A stretch of 20,000 nt of DNA, taken from the IMG/VR virus record IMGVR_UViG_3300033069_001311. One strand, 5' to 3'. Positions 16,863 through 20,000 of the stretch are shown one piece after another. Made by a program: the position numbers and the translations under genes. The stretch is from an uncultured virus (IMG/VR IMGVR_UViG_3300033069_001311) (lineage: Duplodnaviria; Heunggongvirae; Uroviricota; Caudoviricetes). The notes under the pieces are model-generated. The model was not told the DNA's origin and did not search any database. It worked only from the letters and a program-made list of their open reading frames with translations. Positions within the stretch are counted from its first letter, which is position 1. Each line of letters opens with the position of its first letter.

Positions 16863-17059
16863 AAATTCTCGATGCAATCAAGGTCGGGCTCAAGCTCCGG
16901 CTCATCTGTTGGGTGCTCCGGCGCCGGCAGTGGAAGCTGTCGCAGGCGTACAACCGGGTGGCGGCAAATTTACTGCTCAGTGAAAATCACGAGCTGGGTG
17001 AAAAGATCCGAGAATTGGGCGACCGGCAGTGGGAGAAGGTATATGAGGATTTCGTGTGA
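16859..17059 (+). CDS. Hypothetical protein, 66 aa
   Basis: Coupled overlaps at both ends. Confidence 0.7.
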   Translation: MKILDAIKVGLKLRLICWVLRRRQWKLSQAYNRVAANLLLSENHELGEKIRELGDRQWEKVYEDFV

Positions 17060-17361
17060 CCTCCCTCCCTCGCACTCTCGACGCCGCCGAGAAGCAGGAA
17101 GTCCTGCGGTACTTCCACGGACCCTTCGGGCTCCGGCTTCTGGAATCTCTGCTGGACATGCGGGCGGAGTTTGTGGTGCAGTCGGTCGCCCGAGATATTG
17201 CGGACCCGGCGGTGACGGAGGACAGGGTACTAGGCGCAGTGCGCCCGGTACGGGTTGAAATGGAACGGATCGAATATGCCAAGGAATTCCTCAGAACAGT
17301 CTACGCAGCCAGTTTTCAAGATGGGTCTCCCCGACCCGACTCCGGTTCCCCGGTCCGGTGA
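17056..17361 (+). CDS. Hypothetical helical protein, 101 aa
   Basis: GTGA overlap, GAGG upstream. Confidence 0.75.
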   Translation: MTSLPRTLDAAEKQEVLRYFHGPFGLRLLESLLDMRAEFVVQSVARDIADPAVTEDRVLGAVRPVRVEMERIEYAKEFLRTVYAASFQDGSPRPDSGSPVR

Positions 17362-17584
17362 CGTCGTCCGGGATCTGTGCGAGATCGCGGTCGCCAACGT
17401 CCGGCGCCTGGATCAGATCGCCGAGGCGATGGAGAAGGGGCTGGAGGGGATGTCGTCGAGCGAGCTGTCCCGGATCGTGCGGACGATCATTGTCGCCCGG
17501 ACGAACGCGGTGAAGCTGGCGACCAAAGCCGTCGGGGACTTGGTCGGGCCGTTGCGAGCCAAGAACAAGGCGAAGGATGTATGA
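17321..17584 (+). CDS. Hypothetical helical protein (start could be 17276)
   Basis: Amphipathic helices; stop overlaps the next ATG. Confidence 0.7.
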   Translation: MGLPDPTPVPRSGDVVRDLCEIAVANVRRLDQIAEAMEKGLEGMSSSELSRIVRTIIVARTNAVKLATKAVGDLVGPLRAKNKAKDV

Positions 17585-17862
17585 GCAGCCCGTCTATGTT
17601 GACGAATAGCCTAGGTTTGGTTGACGCTAATCGACACATGGGACGAGATATGACCGGCGTCGAGGATAGCCTCTCCGAATACTGTGAGGCATCCTGCGAA
17701 TACCAGATCCGCAGCGACCTGAAGTTCGCCTTCCATGAGCGATGGGCCGAATCCGTCGAACGAAAGTGGCGCTACCTGCCCGGCGCATTCGAGTCGACAT
17801 GGTTCGACTACGTCCTCAATGATCTGGAGTGCCAGTACTGGCGGATTTTAAGTTCTACCTGA
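17581..17862 (+). CDS. Hypothetical protein, 93 aa
   Basis: ATGA overlap, AAGGA upstream. Confidence 0.7.
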   Translation: MSSPSMLTNSLGLVDANRHMGRDMTGVEDSLSEYCEASCEYQIRSDLKFAFHERWAESVERKWRYLPGAFESTWFDYVLNDLECQYWRILSST

Positions 17863-17984
17863 CAGGCACCGGGCGCCGGGAATTGGATCTTCCAGCAACG
17901 CCCGGGGCGGTCAGGATCGGAGCAGGATGGTTGGCTCGCACCTGCGATAAATGCGAGCCGCTCTTTTCCCCTCAGAAAACGTGA
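17829..17984 (+). CDS. Possible hypothetical protein, 51 aa (MPVLADFKFYLTG...CDKC...QKT)
   Basis: Read by hand; fills the gap and its TGA overlaps the methyltransferase GTG. Confidence 0.45.
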   Translation: MPVLADFKFYLTGTGRRELDLPATPGAVRIGAGWLARTCDKCEPLFSPQKT

Positions 17985-19126
17985 ATTACTACAACGAGTT
18001 CGACCCAAAAGCAGCGGCGTGGCTTCGCGAACTTATCGCCCGGGGGCACATCCCGGAGGGGTTTGTCGACACCAGAAGCATCGCCGAAGTATCACCAAAA
18101 GACTTGCATGACTATGAGCAGTGCCACTTCTTCGCCGGAATCGGGGGTTGGCCCCTCGCCCTCCAGCTCGCCGGATGGGATAGACCCGTCTGGACCGGGA
18201 GCTGCCCTTGCCAGCCATTCTCCATCGCCGGGGCCGGGAGAGGCACCGCCGACGAGCGCCACCTCTGGCCCCAGTTCGCCCGACTCATCGCCAAGTGCCA
18301 GCCTCCAGTCGTCTTTGGCGAGCAGGTTGCGAGCAAGGCTGGGCGAGAGTGGCTCGCTGGAGTACGCGCTGACCTGGAAGGAATGGCCTATGCTGTCGGG
18401 GCCGCCGATCTGTGCGCTGCGGGCGTCGGCGCACCGCACATCCGGCAACGACTCTTCTGGGCGGCCGACACCTACAGTCCGGGACTGGAAGGACGGAGAC
18501 TCCCAGAGTTGCGCGAACGTGCCGGCGAACGGGCTGCTAGGGCGGGTGGCGACGTTGGCGGGGTGGAGGTCGCCGATGGCAGCGGACGGCAAGGACATGT
18601 CCTGCTCGTCCCAAGTCTCCCTCCAAGACCAAGCAAGGCTGGCGGGGTGGGTATCGCCGACAGCGCAGGACGGGACTCGGGGGAGCCTGCCGCCAAGGGA
18701 TCACGACACCGGAGTTCCTCTGAGCCAACAGGCGGCGCTCGTAGGGTGGAATACGCCCCGGGCGACGGACGGATCGAACGGGGGTCCGAATCAGGCGGGC
18801 GGAGCCCTTCCGGCGGACGCGAGCCTCGCGGGGTGGAGGAGTCCGGACCACAACTCCAGGGGAGGGGCCTACGCGGACCCGGAGAAGGCGCTAGCGAGGC
18901 TGACGAGCGGCCACCAGATCAATCTGGAGGATCAAGCGGTGCTAGCTTCTGGTCCAACTACGAACTCATCCCCTGCCGGGACGGCAAAGTCCGGCGCATT
19001 GAACCCGGAACATTCCCGCTGGCTCATGGGGTACCCGGCCGAGTGGGGCTCCTGCGGGGCTACGGCAATGCAATCGTGCCGCAAGTCGCGGCGGAATTTG
19101 TGATGGCGGTGAAAGAACTACTATGA
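17981..19126 (+). CDS. DNA (cytosine-5) methyltransferase, large (alpha-like) chain
   Basis: Motif I FFAGIGG, IV GSCPCQPFS, VI-like GEQV, VIII PHIRQRLF, X YGNAIVPQVA; no motif IX in this frame; low-complexity middle. Start at GTG 17981. Confidence 0.92.
   Translation: MNYYNEFDPKAAAWLRELIARGHIPEGFVDTRSIAEVSPKDLHDYEQCHFFAGIGGWPLALQLAGWDRPVWTGSCPCQPFSIAGAGRGTADERHLWPQFARLIAKCQPPVVFGEQVASKAGREWLAGVRADLEGMAYAVGAADLCAAGVGAPHIRQRLFWAADTYSPGLEGRRLPELRERAGERAARAGGDVGGVEVADGSGRQGHVLLVPSLPPRPSKAGGVGIADSAGRDSGEPAAKGSRHRSSSEPTGGARRVEYAPGDGRIERGSESGGRSPSGGREPRGVEESGPQLQGRGLRGPGEGASEADERPPDQSGGSSGASFWSNYELIPCRDGKVRRIEPGTFPLAHGVPGRVGLLRGYGNAIVPQVAAEFVMAVKELL
18108..19103 (+). CDS. Overprinted +1-frame methyltransferase small (beta-like) chain with tandem repeats and motif IX; start uncertain (18108, 18114 or 18390)
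   Basis: Stop-free for over 1 kb; five L-A-G-W-x-S/T-P-x-x-x-D-like units; LNPEHSRWLMGYPAEW resembles motif IX. Confidence 0.75.
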   Translation: MTMSSATSSPESGVGPSPSSSPDGIDPSGPGAALASHSPSPGPGEAPPTSATSGPSSPDSSPSASLQSSLASRLRARLGESGSLEYALTWKEWPMLSGPPICALRASAHRTSGNDSSGRPTPTVRDWKDGDSQSCANVPANGLLGRVATLAGWRSPMAADGKDMSCSSQVSLQDQARLAGWVSPTAQDGTRGSLPPRDHDTGVPLSQQAALVGWNTPRATDGSNGGPNQAGGALPADASLAGWRSPDHNSRGGAYADPEKALARLTSGHQINLEDQAVLASGPTTNSSPAGTAKSGALNPEHSRWLMGYPAEWGSCGATAMQSCRKSRRNL

Positions 19127-19407
19127 AACTCAAATACCTACTGGCTCTGGCGCTCTGCGCCGGAGGTTGCACATCCTACCGCGTGACCCAGGCGGATACG
19201 TCGGCCTCTGGTCGCAAAATCACGTTTGACGTCCGGGCGAACGCTTGGTTCTCGTCGGCGCAGAGCATCTCGGATCTGGCTGCTGAGCAGACGGATAAGA
19301 AGCAGGTCTTCGGCACCAAAGGGATCTCCCAAGCCGGTCCGACGAATACCGTCGCGACGTTGGAGGCCCTAGCGAAGGTCCTGAGCGCACTGAGGCCGAC
19401 GCCATGA
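19123..19407 (+). CDS. Putative lipoprotein
   Basis: MKLKYLLALALCAGG-C: basic n-region, hydrophobic core, lipobox-like Cys; ATGA overlap. Confidence 0.8.
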   Translation: MKLKYLLALALCAGGCTSYRVTQADTSASGRKITFDVRANAWFSSAQSISDLAAEQTDKKQVFGTKGISQAGPTNTVATLEALAKVLSALRPTP

Positions 19408-19475
19408 GCGGCACGACTGCGGGGACGGGGCGCTCTTGGTATGAGTAGAGCTTACGCCCCCAGTACCAAAACTCA

Positions 19476-19503
19476 TGTCACTACGCATAACTGCGTAGTG
19501 TCA
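19476..19503. repeat. Palindrome 1: TGtCACTACGCA-TAAC-TGCGTAGTGTCA
   Basis: 12-bp arms with one mismatch, 4-bp centre. Confidence 0.95.
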
Positions 19504-19518
19504 TAAAATTGGCTTCTC

Positions 19519-19531
19519 CATCAACGACTTA
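19519..19531 (+). promoter_or_regulatory. IHF-like binding site between palindromes 1 and 2
   Basis: cATCAACGACTTA versus consensus WATCAANNNNTTR (one mismatch). Confidence 0.55.
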
Positions 19532-19550
19532 ACTTTTGGTCGGACGCTTG

Positions 19551-19578
19551 TGACACTACGCAGTACTGCGTAGTGTCA
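19551..19578. repeat. Palindrome 2: TGACACTACGCA-GTAC-TGCGTAGTGTCA (perfect 28-bp palindrome)
   Basis: Read directly. Confidence 0.97.
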
Positions 19579-19672
19579 AAGTCGGAAGTACGAGCGCCCC
19601 AACGAGATACGTCCGTTTCGAGGTCGGAAACCGGCTAGTTTCGCCACTTCGGCCCGAAACTCCTGTGGGGAC

Positions 19673-19718
19673 GAATTCCCCGCCCGGAGGGGAATTCCTC
19701 TTCTCTTTTTTCTTTTTT
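19673..19718 (+). terminator. Rho-independent terminator-like hairpin
   Basis: GAATTCCCC-gcccgga-GGGGAATTC followed by CTCTTCTCTTTTTTCTTTTTT. Confidence 0.65.
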
Positions 19719-19761
19719 CCATAACAATTACCAACCACCTAATTAGGGAAAAGTGCGATTG

Positions 19762-19774
19762 CAACTTGTTGATT
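19762..19774 (-). promoter_or_regulatory. IHF-like binding site
   Basis: CAACTTGTTGATT; reverse complement AATCAACAAGTTG matches WATCAANNNNTTR exactly. Confidence 0.6.
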
Positions 19775-19791
19775 TCCAGCGGTTTGACTCA

Positions 19792-19819
19792 TGACACTAC
19801 GCACCACTGCGTAGTGTCA
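19792..19819. repeat. Palindrome 3: TGACACTACGCA-CCAC-TGCGTAGTGTCA
   Basis: Read directly. Confidence 0.97.
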
Positions 19820-19838
19820 CAAGCGTCCGGGAAAAAGT

Positions 19839-19851
19839 TAAGTCGTTGATG
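19839..19851 (-). promoter_or_regulatory. IHF-like binding site between palindromes 3 and 4
   Basis: TAAGTCGTTGATG, the inverted copy of 19519-19531. Confidence 0.55.
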
Positions 19852-19866
19852 GAGAAGCCAATTTTG

Positions 19867-19894
19867 TGACACTACGCAGTTATGCGTAGTGTCA
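19867..19894. repeat. Palindrome 4: TGACACTACGCA-GTTA-TGCGTAGTGTCA
   Basis: Read directly. Confidence 0.97.
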
Positions 19895-20000
19895 TAATTT
19901 CGGGAAAGTGTCGTTCAGACGAGTATATGCGAGATCGACTTTCCAGTTTTGCCACTAAGCGGAATCACTATGCCTCCGAGCTGGTTTCGAAAATCCGGAA

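Larger units (their letters stand above)
19475..19895. repeat. 104-bp inverted repeat (19475-19578 / 19792-19895) around a 213-bp spacer
   Basis: Manual alignment of the left arm to the reverse complement of the right arm: 97/104 identical, no gaps. Confidence 0.97.
1..20000 (+). mobile_element. Phage/prophage replication and accessory gene region (both ends lie outside the window)
   Basis: Helicase-nuclease-SSB-PolA-primase order, RuvC-like, HNH, dNMP kinase and C5 methyltransferase genes, about 30 small coupled ORFs on one strand, no host housekeeping genes. Confidence 0.95.

Noticed and set aside
17858..17970. Structured RNA or terminator upstream of the methyltransferase (CCTGAC/GTCAGG, CCGGGCG/CGCCCGG, GGCTCGCA/TGCGAGCC)
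   Set aside because: Short stems are expected at this GC content and the region is covered by a plausible coupled ORF (17829-17984); not excluded, but unsupported.
1..19400. Apparent excess of CCGG as a methylation-target signal
   Set aside because: Not counted; high GC and CGG/CCG codon use could explain it.
19404..19448. 14-codon ORF after the lipoprotein
   Set aside because: It has an ATGA overlap but is too short and featureless to support.
19476..19894. CRISPR mini-array (four near-identical 28-bp repeats)
   Set aside because: The two 47-bp spacers are inverted copies of each other, the middle gap is 212 bp, and there is no cas operon.
19475..19895. IS element or MITE
   Set aside because: No transposase and no evident target-site duplication; the internal palindromic design is unlike typical terminal inverted repeats.

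Overview
GC-rich, gene-dense segment of a tailed dsDNA phage or prophage. All credible genes are on the + strand and most are chained by 4-nt ATGA/GTGA stop-start overlaps. Bases 1-8239 are a replication module: partial SNF2-like helicase, small histone-fold-like protein, DUF2800/Cas4-like PD-(D/E)XK nuclease with an EF-Ts-like N-terminal domain, putative SSB, family A DNA polymerase (Leu762 type) and an AEP-like primase fused to a P-loop NTPase. Bases 8247-17984 are an accessory array: RNA ligase remnant, metallophosphoesterase, frameshifted HNH, RuvC-like resolvase, sigma-4-like HTH, beta-helix protein, dNMP kinase and many small hypothetical, Zn-binding or membrane proteins. Bases 17981-19126 are a dual-coded C5 cytosine methyltransferase, with motif IX and five tandem repeats in an overprinted +1 frame. 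A lipoprotein gene follows. The window ends in a non-coding element: a 104-bp inverted repeat built from four 28-bp palindromes with IHF-like sites. All family assignments are by-eye motif recognition; no database searches were run.
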